This document shows positions 17,047 through 24,797 of a stretch of DNA of 58,541 bases, piece after piece. Below the pieces are notes generated by a model. That model searched no databases, was not told where the DNA came from, and saw only the letters and a list, made by a program, of their open reading frames with translations. Position 1 is the first letter of the stretch. Every line of letters begins with the position of its first letter. The translations under genes and the position numbers were made by a program. The stretch is from a bacterium (GTDB lineage: Bacteria; Patescibacteriota; CG2-30-54-11; JBAXVQ01): contig JBAXVQ010000004.1 of the NCBI GenBank assembly GCA_037128935.1, forward strand, positions 1 to 58,541, in the 5' to 3' direction.

Positions 17047-18084
17047 TTAGTTGATTAAGGTGAGGAGGTCGTTGTGGATGAGTTGCCACTGTTGGTTTAG
17101 GTTTATTGTGCAAATGCGGATTTTGAAATTTTCAAATCGGTAGGAGTAACTGAAATCTTTGCCAACTGTGGGATAGAGTAAAATACCTGTTAGCGGTTTA
17201 TTGTTCTCTTTCGGACTGTTATGGAGGTAAGAAAACATCTGATAGAGGTTTCCCGAGTTGAACTTTTCCCCATATCCTCTCTTGTCATCAACAAGCCCCC
17301 CACGAGAATAGTATTTGGTGTCGATGATTATTTTCTGGTTTTCCGTTTCCAGAGATGTATCTGTGTTCATCGTTGGAAGATAGGTTATAAGGTCTTTGTC
17401 AGTCTCAGGAGAACAATTCCAACGAAAGCGTTTGCTGCCTACACACTGACAGCCTCCTTCTTTTGTGTAAAAATTTCGTACAAAGGCCTCGTAGAGCTTA
17501 CGCATTTTTTCTTCATCTCTAAGAAAATCAACAAAAGTAACCGCACCGTCCTCCTGATTTACCAACGAGTTCTCATAGATTAGCTGACAGATACTGATTA
17601 GCAGTCGATAAAATGAAGTATGTCTATGATAGTGAATTCTTTCAAAATGCTGTGCTGTAAGTTGAATATCCTGAACGTCTGAAAGATGGCGTTTGAGCTT
17701 TGCTAGTGGGTCTTTGGTCTTTTTCGAAACCTCTTTGCACCTCAAAAGATTGGCAATGGTTGCCTTGATAATCTGGTTTAATGGAACATTATAACTGAGT
17801 TCATCAAAGTCGCAATGCATCATAGCTTGCTGAGGTAGTAGTTTATTTATCGAGGAGGTAAAATTGATTTTGCCCCTTATTGCTGAACCTGCTTCAGAGT
17901 AATCAATATAACCTCTGTGCAATCCTTTTTTAAGCAAATAGGATAACCAGTTGCTGAGTACCATAGCACAAAGCTCGGCAACATTTCTCGCCTGTGATGC
18001 GTCGACTTGAACTATACCTTGCTTATCCAGCGTATTCCACGCATAGCAAAGGATGTAGTAGAGGTTTTGAATAGGAATGTTCAT
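17047..18084 (-). CDS. mcrC: McrC-like endonuclease subunit of a McrBC-type modification-dependent restriction system
   Basis: 345 aa, the same size as E. coli McrC. PD-(D/E)xK core …NTDTSLE…IIIDTKYY…LYQMFSYL. The start abuts the mcrB stop (18086/18084). Confidence 0.8.
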   Translation of the reverse strand: MNIPIQNLYYILCYAWNTLDKQGIVQVDASQARNVAELCAMVLSNWLSYLLKKGLHRGYIDYSEAGSAIRGKINFTSSINKLLPQQAMMHCDFDELSYNVPLNQIIKATIANLLRCKEVSKKTKDPLAKLKRHLSDVQDIQLTAQHFERIHYHRHTSFYRLLISICQLIYENSLVNQEDGAVTFVDFLRDEEKMRKLYEAFVRNFYTKEGGCQCVGSKRFRWNCSPETDKDLITYLPTMNTDTSLETENQKIIIDTKYYSRGGLVDDKRGYGEKFNSGNLYQMFSYLHNSPKENNKPLTGILLYPTVGKDFSYSYRFENFKIRICTINLNQQWQLIHNDLLTLIN

Positions 18085-18085
18085 G

Positions 18086-20050
18086 TTATTGCGTGAGGAT
18101 AGCCTTCATATCAACAACTTTAGCATTGTCATCAAACCAGTACTCTTCCAGTAAGGGTATAATTTCGCTTTCGACAACAGCGTTGTACCATTCTTCTTCT
18201 GTATAGACATGTGCGTCATAGGAGCAGAAATAACTATGTCCAATAGAAAAACCACTGCCAAGTTGGACATCTTTTTCAATCTCGCTGTTTAGTTCCTGAA
18301 GCTTTCTGGTGATTTTTTGTATTGTCTTTTCACTGACTTGTTTGCTTTGAAGAAAAGCGACGAACTTTTCATTGGCAAAGCATGGAGTAAGTGTAACAAA
18401 AGAAAAACGTCTCCTAAGTGCATAATCAACCATCGCCAGCGACCTGTCAGCCGTATTCATTGTCCCGATTATAAAAAGATTCTCAGGCACGAAAAATGTG
18501 TCTGTTTCTTCGTTGGAATACGTCAGTTGCAAAGCATACTCCTGACCTCGCTTGTCATTTTCAATGAGTAACATCAGTTCACCAAATATTTTACTCAGAT
18601 TTCCCCTATTAATCTCATCAATTATGAGTATAAATGGTTTTTCTGGCTGTTTTCTTGCACGTTCACAAATGTTATAAAAAATTCCATTTTTTAGATAGAA
18701 TGTTCCGTCGCTACTTGGGCGATACCCTTGAATAAAGTCTTCATAAGAATATGACTGATGAAACTGCACCATGGTGACTGCACTCAGATCTTTCTCACCC
18801 AATAAAGCATAGGCAAGACGTCTTGCAAAAAAAGTTTTTCCAACTCCAGGGGGACCTTGGAGGATTATGTTTTTCTTGTAGCTTAGCAATGAGCGGATGT
18901 CTCGCATTTTCTCATCGGAAATAAAGAGTTCTTCAGATGTTGGAATTTGAATTATTTCATCTGTGGGTAGGTTTTTCTTTATTCCTATAATGTTTAATAA
19001 GTTTGCTACATAATCAGGATAAGCTGTTAAGTCTGTAAATTTCTTGGTAACAAAATCAGAATCTACTTGCCATTCACCTGTTTTAAGCCATTTCACCTTC
19101 CTGACATGTTTGTAGTTAGCTTTTTTATCATCAAAGATGTAGTCCGATACAACTTCACCAATACCTAAAATAGTTCTTTTTCCTTGTTTTGCAAAAATGA
19201 AGTCCCCAACACGCAACTTATTCACAAACTGATCACATGCAAGTGTATTGTTTCGCTGATTTGTCTCTGATGGATACAATTGGTCGAAGAGTGGCTTCAT
19301 CTCATCTCTTGAATTAAAACTTGTGATATCTCCAAGCTTATCCCAGTCTAAACTTATTATTCCTTGACTTTTATAGTCATCCCACTGATGTTCATATGAA
19401 CCAGTTCCTATCACCCAATATTTTGAAGTAGAAGTCTGCTCTTTGACATCATATTTCTTATTTAGGTAGCTAAAAAACTGATCTAACTCAAGATTAAGGG
19501 GTAATAACGTTCTCTGCCCTATTACCCGAAGATATCTTTCCCTTACTGGACTAACTGCTTCGTTGAAATCAAGGAAATTTTTGGCATGATCGTTACTAGA
19601 GAGGTTTACTGGAATACCAAACAAGTGCAGTGCGAAAATATCTCTACTGTTAAACAGTACGAAATCGTCAGCAAATACATTTGCCAGTATTTCACTCAGT
19701 GAGCCTTTCCCAAAGCCTAAAATCTCATATTCCTTATCTGAGAAAATCTTGCTTACTCGAACTTCCAATGGATCTTTTCCATTTAGGAGATAGATAAATA
19801 CTTTCTTGTAGTGTTCAATTGGGTGATTTGGTCTTCCCACTGCTCTTTTTTTTGCCAGCGCCAAAGAATTAAAAGCATGGATATTGTTTCCAATTTGTTG
19901 CACATCTTCCCATTCTATCTTTTCTAACTTTTCTTTTTTGAAAAAACTCTGAAAGAAATCGTAATGCTTTTTTACTACTCCTTCAGTTTCTTTCAACCAA
20001 GTATCTGCAACTTCTTTATACTCCTGAAGGTATCCATCAAGTTTATCCAC
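18086..20050 (-). CDS. mcrB: McrB-like AAA+ GTPase subunit with extended N-terminal DNA-reader region (helical domain plus PUA/EVE-like module)
   Basis: 654 aa, GTG start. Walker A GPPGVGKTFFARRLA. McrB signature FILIIDEINRGNLSKIFGELMLLIE and IIGTMNTADRSLAMVDYALRRRF. The N-terminal ~370 aa includes YWVIGTGSYEHQWDDYKSQGIISLDWDKLGD…VGDFIFAKQGKRTILGIGEVVSDY…HVRKVKW. Confidence 0.88.
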   Translation of the reverse strand: MDKLDGYLQEYKEVADTWLKETEGVVKKHYDFFQSFFKKEKLEKIEWEDVQQIGNNIHAFNSLALAKKRAVGRPNHPIEHYKKVFIYLLNGKDPLEVRVSKIFSDKEYEILGFGKGSLSEILANVFADDFVLFNSRDIFALHLFGIPVNLSSNDHAKNFLDFNEAVSPVRERYLRVIGQRTLLPLNLELDQFFSYLNKKYDVKEQTSTSKYWVIGTGSYEHQWDDYKSQGIISLDWDKLGDITSFNSRDEMKPLFDQLYPSETNQRNNTLACDQFVNKLRVGDFIFAKQGKRTILGIGEVVSDYIFDDKKANYKHVRKVKWLKTGEWQVDSDFVTKKFTDLTAYPDYVANLLNIIGIKKNLPTDEIIQIPTSEELFISDEKMRDIRSLLSYKKNIILQGPPGVGKTFFARRLAYALLGEKDLSAVTMVQFHQSYSYEDFIQGYRPSSDGTFYLKNGIFYNICERARKQPEKPFILIIDEINRGNLSKIFGELMLLIENDKRGQEYALQLTYSNEETDTFFVPENLFIIGTMNTADRSLAMVDYALRRRFSFVTLTPCFANEKFVAFLQSKQVSEKTIQKITRKLQELNSEIEKDVQLGSGFSIGHSYFCSYDAHVYTEEEWYNAVVESEIIPLLEEYWFDDNAKVVDMKAILTQ

Positions 20051-20114
20051 TTATAGCTAACTCAAGAGTAAACCAAGTGCTATACTAGAACGAGTTAGTA
20101 AAAAGAAAAAACAA

Positions 20115-20444
20115 ATGGCATACAGTATCGATCTTAGAAAACGAGTAGTAACATTTGTGAACAACGGGGGCAGCAAAGCAGAGGCCGCAAGAAGATTCCA
20201 AATAAGTCTTTGGTGTGTACATGATTGGTGCACACGAACAAGTTTAAAACCAGCTCCAATGCACGGAAGACGAAGGAAGTTTTCTTGGGAAGCATTACAA
20301 CAGCACGTAGAAGAGTATCCATCAATGCTCATCAAAGAGAGAGCAGTGGTGTTTGGAGTTGCTGCAACAACTATTCTTAATGCCTTACAACAGATGCAAA
20401 TACGCTATAAAAAAAATGCTACGGTACAAAGAAAGAGACTATGA
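20115..20444 (+). CDS. IS630-family transposase, N-terminal HTH part (OrfA)
   Basis: MAYSIDLRKRVVTFVNNGGSKAEAARRFQISLWCVHDW is a typical IS630 HTH. It ends 28 nt after an A8 run (20409-20416). Confidence 0.8.
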   Translation: MAYSIDLRKRVVTFVNNGGSKAEAARRFQISLWCVHDWCTRTSLKPAPMHGRRRKFSWEALQQHVEEYPSMLIKERAVVFGVAATTILNALQQMQIRYKKNATVQRKRL

Positions 20445-20958
20445 ACAGCGTATACAGTATTTACAAGCCTTACGAGCATACATTACGGAGCAAGGGAGTG
20501 AGTATATTGTGTACATTGATGAAACAGGATTTGAGAAAGAAGGAGTAAATACTCACGGCTGGAGTAAGCAAGGGAAGCGACTCTACGGAGAACAGCCAAG
20601 CAACAGACGCCCAAGAACGAGTTTGGTTGCAGGAAAGTGGAACGAAACACTGCTCGCACCAGTGCTTTTTGCAGGAGTGATGGATGGTATATGGTTTCAT
20701 ACATGGTTGCAAGAACATCTACTCCCCGAGCTACCGGCACCATCACTCCTGATACTGGACAATGCACCATTCCACAAAAAGGCAGCAATACGCGCACAGC
20801 TTGAAGGGACACCTCATACGGTACTGTTTCTTCCACCATATTCCCCCGACTTCAACCCAATTGAACAAGTATTTGCCTGGATGAAGAACAAGCGCAAACA
20901 CGTTCCTGACATTTCTCTCGATGAACTCGTTTTGTCGTATGGTTCTTTTTTGAGTTAG
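20353..20958 (+). CDS. IS630-family transposase, DDE catalytic part (OrfB, +1 frame relative to OrfA)
   Basis: YIDETGF … ILDNAPFHK … PYSPDFNPIEQVFAWMK is the DD(34-35)E-type triad context of IS630/Tc1. A fused reading requires the loss of one A in the A8 run. Confidence 0.8.
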   Translation: MELLQQLFLMPYNRCKYAIKKMLRYKERDYEQRIQYLQALRAYITEQGSEYIVYIDETGFEKEGVNTHGWSKQGKRLYGEQPSNRRPRTSLVAGKWNETLLAPVLFAGVMDGIWFHTWLQEHLLPELPAPSLLILDNAPFHKKAAIRAQLEGTPHTVLFLPPYSPDFNPIEQVFAWMKNKRKHVPDISLDELVLSYGSFLS

Positions 20959-21175
20959 CTATAGTACTCCTTATTGGTTGTTGTTTATACTTTTTATCTC
21001 CATCACATTATAGGCAATACTCGAAATTAATTTAAATTTTCAAACAGTATATTGCTGTAACTGCCTTACAGAGGACTCTTTTATTTTGGTAAAGCTGCAT
21101 TTCTTCAACCTTGTTTCCTAAAAATACTTTCAATTCTTCACTTGCATTCTCTATCCCTGATGAAGCATTCAGTGC

Positions 21176-21208
21176 TACAAAAAGAAGGAGGCATCTACAA
21201 GATGCCTC
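21176..21208 (-). terminator. Rho-independent terminator downstream of 21260-21895
   Basis: Minus strand: GGAGGCATC-ttgta-GATGCCTCC followed by ttcttttg. Confidence 0.5.
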
Positions 21209-21259
21209 CAACGTGAGTGAATGGTTATTTAAATTGTACGGGACAAAAATCTTTGCTCC

Positions 21260-21895
21260 CTACTTCTTCTTATCGTAGAAAAAGATGCCCCAAATATTTT
21301 TTTCTCTGTACAGCGAGCTGAGTGGCTGACTCTTACCGCAGTTGCCTGGGCCGGAGTTGTTGACGAGGTATTCGCCGTTTTTCTTTCCGACGATTAGTAC
21401 GGCGTGTTGGTAACCGTTTTTGGTGATCCCCTGTAGGATTGCGGGCTTGCCAGCACGGAGAAACTCGTCAACTTTGGATTTTACTTCGTTGTCCCAACGG
21501 TTGCGGTACTGTGGATACACCCAGACTAGGTTTGGGGAGCCAACTGCTGCCCATTTCATATACTCACTTCCACCGTTTGCTTTCTTTACTTTTTCTGGTG
21601 TAGTGAAATTGGGACTGAAGGTGTTGTATAGCATTGTTCTAGCCATGAGATAGCATGGTCCAGAACGTTTTTGGCAAAAAAGTGGTGAGTTAGTTGTAGG
21701 AATATTATTGGGGTCTACACCAACGCTTTTTGCTGGTGCTTTTGTGGTTTGGGCAGTTTCACCTTTGGAGTAAAGCTGCTCTTTTAGCGAGGAAAATTTT
21801 TCTGCTGGAGCTGCGAGGGAGAGAGCGGGAATAAGTAGGAATGTTGCAACTAAAGCTGAGGTGATTTTTTTCATAGTGTGTGGTCCTCTGATCAT
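21260..21895 (-). CDS. Secreted protein, possible papain/C39-like cysteine peptidase fold
   Basis: 211 aa. Signal peptide MKKITSALVATFLLIPALSLAAP. A Cys (GPCYLMARTMLYN) and a distal His (NGYQHAVLIVG) have the spacing typical of C39-like peptidases. This is weak motif-only evidence. Confidence 0.4.
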   Translation of the reverse strand: MIRGPHTMKKITSALVATFLLIPALSLAAPAEKFSSLKEQLYSKGETAQTTKAPAKSVGVDPNNIPTTNSPLFCQKRSGPCYLMARTMLYNTFSPNFTTPEKVKKANGGSEYMKWAAVGSPNLVWVYPQYRNRWDNEVKSKVDEFLRAGKPAILQGITKNGYQHAVLIVGKKNGEYLVNNSGPGNCGKSQPLSSLYREKNIWGIFFYDKKK

Positions 21896-21944
21896 TATGT
21901 AGTGAAGGGAAATAGGGGTGATCTAGTAATGAACTGTTTGTTGA

Positions 21945-22430
21945 TTATTTGATAATTTTGAAGTAGTAAAGCGCATTGATAGCCGTGATTACTATCATTG
22001 TGAGAAAAATAGCACTGAGAAAAACGAGTATGACATGGGTCGAGGAGTATGTTACCGGATCAGATAGATTTTGCAAAGCCGGCTGCTGTGGCGGGGTTTT
22101 GATGGAGTCCATCACCGTGTTCTGAATCTCGACTTTTGCTTCTTTTTGCACTGGTGCGGTCACTGCATCCATTGCTACTGCTTCTGGTGATGTGTCGGGC
22201 ACTGCTGTGACAGGTGGTTGATTCTGGGTGAGGTCTATAATGTTTTCGCGAGGAACACCTGAGCGTTTGATCGGTGTTAGTGCGTAGCGAACTACTGGGC
22301 GTGGGTCATCAGATGGTGGAGCAGCAGGAATCGGTGCTTTTCTTTCTCTGGTTGCTCTTCGAGGTGTTTTTTTTGCAGCACTGTTAATAACTACTGCTGG
22401 CGTTTTTTTAGTTTTTGTTTTTGTTGGCAT
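21945..22430 (-). CDS. Pro/Thr-rich tail-anchored membrane protein, unknown function
   Basis: 161 aa. Basic N-terminus, C-terminal TM segment VILVFLSAIFLTMIVITAINALYYF. SD GTGAGG 7 nt upstream of the ATG. Confidence 0.55.
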   Translation of the reverse strand: MPTKTKTKKTPAVVINSAAKKTPRRATRERKAPIPAAPPSDDPRPVVRYALTPIKRSGVPRENIIDLTQNQPPVTAVPDTSPEAVAMDAVTAPVQKEAKVEIQNTVMDSIKTPPQQPALQNLSDPVTYSSTHVILVFLSAIFLTMIVITAINALYYFKIIK

Positions 22431-22567
22431 ATATCGACCTCACTAAATTTATCTAGTCAGTTTAGCAGGATTTTGTTGCTTTTGTCAAGCGGTGAAGCTA
22501 TCGCGGTGCACAAATTGTACAATATCTATCTACTACTTATAGTGCGTTTAATACTACCACAGAGATC

Positions 22568-22692
22568 GGGTATTCTTTGCCGACGCTATGCTGTCCCGCC
22601 AATACACTATACGTGCTACAAATGCCACAAAGACGGCATTTGTAGCACGTATAGAAAAACGGGAGGACAGATTTCGTCGGAGTATACTTCCC
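22568..22692. other. About 125-nt extended imperfect palindrome (candidate structured RNA or DNA cruciform) in a 434-bp intergenic region
   Basis: Perfect 19-bp stem TATACGTGCTACAAATGCC (22608-26) / GGCATTTGTAGCACGTATA (22635-53) with an 8-nt loop. This is followed by an 11x11-nt internal loop, CTGTCC/GGACAG, CCGACG/CGTCGG, and GGGTAT/ATAC..CCC. Confidence 0.35.
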
Positions 22693-22864
22693 AATCACAC
22701 GTTTGAATATGGTATATGAATACATGTTTTAAAATTGCACTTTATGTGTAAGTTATATTTTTTTGTGTAATTCATACCTTTCGAAGGAGAGAAAAAGCAT
22801 GTAGGCATCCTGCAAACCACCCGCTTGCCGTTGTCCGTGGGCGGACAACTGGCACGGTAAGCTT

Positions 22865-23686
22865 TTATTTCTCTTTATCCTGTTGTTCTCGTATTTTTTC
22901 CACAAATCGTTTGTAGTCATCTTTCCAGCGGTCAAAGGTGCCGAGGAGGTGTTCGAGTTTTTCTTCTAATTTGCTAAGATCTTTGGCGTTTTCGAATTTG
23001 CCGAATTCGTACTCAACCACGTCGTCGTATATTTTTTTGTTGAAAATACGGTAAATGTTTGCCAGATTGTACTTGTGAACGAGGTTGAGGCGGCCTTCTT
23101 TTTCCAGGCGGCGAACGCTGACCCATATGTTGGTTGTGGTGCATATGCCATATTTACCAAATTTGATGGCACGGTAGACGTAGTCGTTGTCTTCGTACAA
23201 TACTATTTTTTCGTCGAAGCCTCCTAAGCGGCGATGAAGACGGTTTGTTGTGAGAATGCAAAAACCTGGGATGTAGGGGTAGAATTTCTTGGTGGAGGTG
23301 TGGAGGAGGTTGGTGAAAAAGTAAAAGAGGTGATCGAGGTTCATTGAGGAAAGGGGGTAAATGGTTGTTGTGGTGATCTGGTAATACTTTTTATCAAATT
23401 CAGCGAGGAACTTTTCAAGGCAATCTTCGGGAAGGAGTACGTCGGCATCGAGAAATAGGAGGTATTTTCCTTTTGCAGCAGCGGCTCCGGCGTTTCTGCC
23501 AACGGCGGGCATGCCACCTTTCACTAGCTTGCAACCGAATTTTTTGGCGATTTCTTGAGTGCCATCCGATGAGTTGGCGTCTGCAACGATGATTTCGTAG
23601 TCGGTGTAGGTCTGTTTTTCGATAGAGAGGAGCAACTTGGGTAAATAGGTTGCTTCGTTTAGAGTTGGTATTACGATTGAAATCAT
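22865..23686 (-). CDS. Family 2 glycosyltransferase (GT-A, DPM/DPG-synthase-like)
   Basis: 273 aa. ISIVIPTLNEATYLPKLLLSIEKQTY, VADANSSDGT, FLDADV (DxD). Confidence 0.85.
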   Translation of the reverse strand: MISIVIPTLNEATYLPKLLLSIEKQTYTDYEIIVADANSSDGTQEIAKKFGCKLVKGGMPAVGRNAGAAAAKGKYLLFLDADVLLPEDCLEKFLAEFDKKYYQITTTTIYPLSSMNLDHLFYFFTNLLHTSTKKFYPYIPGFCILTTNRLHRRLGGFDEKIVLYEDNDYVYRAIKFGKYGICTTTNIWVSVRRLEKEGRLNLVHKYNLANIYRIFNKKIYDDVVEYEFGKFENAKDLSKLEEKLEHLLGTFDRWKDDYKRFVEKIREQQDKEK

Positions 23687-23692
23687 AAGATA

Positions 23693-24511
23693 TTATTTCT
23701 TAGGTTTTGCTTTTACCTTGGTTCTAAATTTTTTGTAGCCTGTCTGTTTGTTTGCTGCTTTGTCGAGGAATTTTTCGAGAAAGACTTCAACCTTGTTCAG
23801 GTCTTTGGTGTGTACTGCTTTTGGATCATATTCCTCTTCTTTCTTTTCTGTTGCCCCTTTGATAGCAAAAAGGCGTGGGAGATTGGTAAGTAGGTATTTA
23901 TTTATAAGGTTGAGTCGGCCTTCCTTTTCTAAGCGGCGGACGCTGACCCAGATGTTGGATGAGGTGCAAACGCCATATTTTCCAAATTTGATGGCACGGG
24001 TGGCGTAGTCGTGGTCTTCTGCTACGGTGAGTGATTCGTCAAATCCCCCGATCCGGCGGTGCATTCTTTCGGTAACAAAAACACAAGAGCCCGGCATGAA
24101 AGGGAAAAAGTTGTTGGTAGTTTTGTAGAAGGCGTTGCAGTAGTAGAAAAAAAGCTGATCGATGTTCAGATCAGAAAGAGGAAAAACCTGAGTTGTTGCA
24201 AGCTCATAAAAATTTTCATCAAATTCCTCAAGCGTTTTTTCCAGAAACTCTTCGGGCAAGATGACATCAGCGTCAAGAAAAAGCAAATATTCGCCTTTTG
24301 CAATAACTGCTCCTGCATTTCTCCCTGCAGATGGCTGACCGCCGTCAACAATAATGCAGTTAAATTTCTCGGCAATAGCACGAGTTGTGTCTGTGGAGTT
24401 TGCGTCAGCAATTATTATTTCAACGTCTTTGTAGGTTTGGCGTTCGATGGAGAGGAGAAGTTTTGGTAGAAAGCTTTCTTCGTTGAACGTTGGGATAATT
24501 ATCGAAATCAT
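23693..24511 (-). CDS. Family 2 glycosyltransferase, tandem paralog of 22865-23686
   Basis: 272 aa, collinear with its neighbour (ISIIIPTFNEESFLPKLLLSIERQTY, IADANSTDTT, FLDADV; roughly two-thirds identical by eye). Confidence 0.85.
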   Translation of the reverse strand: MISIIIPTFNEESFLPKLLLSIERQTYKDVEIIIADANSTDTTRAIAEKFNCIIVDGGQPSAGRNAGAVIAKGEYLLFLDADVILPEEFLEKTLEEFDENFYELATTQVFPLSDLNIDQLFFYYCNAFYKTTNNFFPFMPGSCVFVTERMHRRIGGFDESLTVAEDHDYATRAIKFGKYGVCTSSNIWVSVRRLEKEGRLNLINKYLLTNLPRLFAIKGATEKKEEEYDPKAVHTKDLNKVEVFLEKFLDKAANKQTGYKKFRTKVKAKPKK

Positions 24512-24596
24512 AAACGTACTACCTGATTGATTGTGTCTATTTTCTCAATTTTTTTCTATTTTTTCCAATACTCTTGAAGTAAATACCTTTCCCTTG

Positions 24597-24707
24597 TGTC
24601 ATCCTGAGGCATTTGTGAAGGATCTCTTCGAGTTGTGGTGGGCTTTCTATTTCCCTGATAGTGTTCGAAGAGATCCTTCGGCTTCGGGGACTTCGCTCAG
24701 GATGACA
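24597..24707. repeat. 111-bp palindromic MITE-like element (GTCATCCTGAG…CTCAGGATGAC type)
   Basis: Outer arms TGTCATCCTGAG (24597-608) / CTCAGGATGACA (24696-707). Inner arms GAAGGATCTCTTCGA (24617-31) / TCGAAGAGATCCTTC (24665-79). It produces the artefactual peptide ICHPERSPRSRRIS in ORF 24537-24725. Confidence 0.6.
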
Positions 24708-24797
24708 TATTGTTGCCTTGTTCACTTAACTGTAGTCATTGGCTTGTTTGTGTGCTCCAAACTCTTTATAGTTTTGTTGATACCGACTTTTGCAACC

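Larger units (their letters stand above)
20054..20961 (+). mobile_element. IS630/Tc1-mariner-family insertion sequence (908 bp) with 12-bp perfect terminal inverted repeats and a TA target-site duplication
   Basis: IRL TAGCTAACTCAA (20054-20065). IRR TTGAGTTAGCTA (20950-20961). Flanking TA at 20052-53 and 20962-63. The transposase stop lies inside IRR. DDE transposase split in two frames. Confidence 0.85.

Noticed and set aside
22813-22856. GC-rich hairpin (TGCC-a-GTTGTCCG-ccca-CGGACAAC-GGCA on the minus strand) just after the GT2 stop, considered as a terminator.
   Set aside because: It has no adjacent U-tract, so a terminator call is not well supported. It may still act as an RNA-stabilising hairpin.
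24531-24797. N-terminal 89-aa extension of SmpB in the track ORF (250 aa).
   Set aside because: The extension is encoded by the palindromic repeat and promoter region. The conserved SmpB sequence begins at the ATG at 24798.
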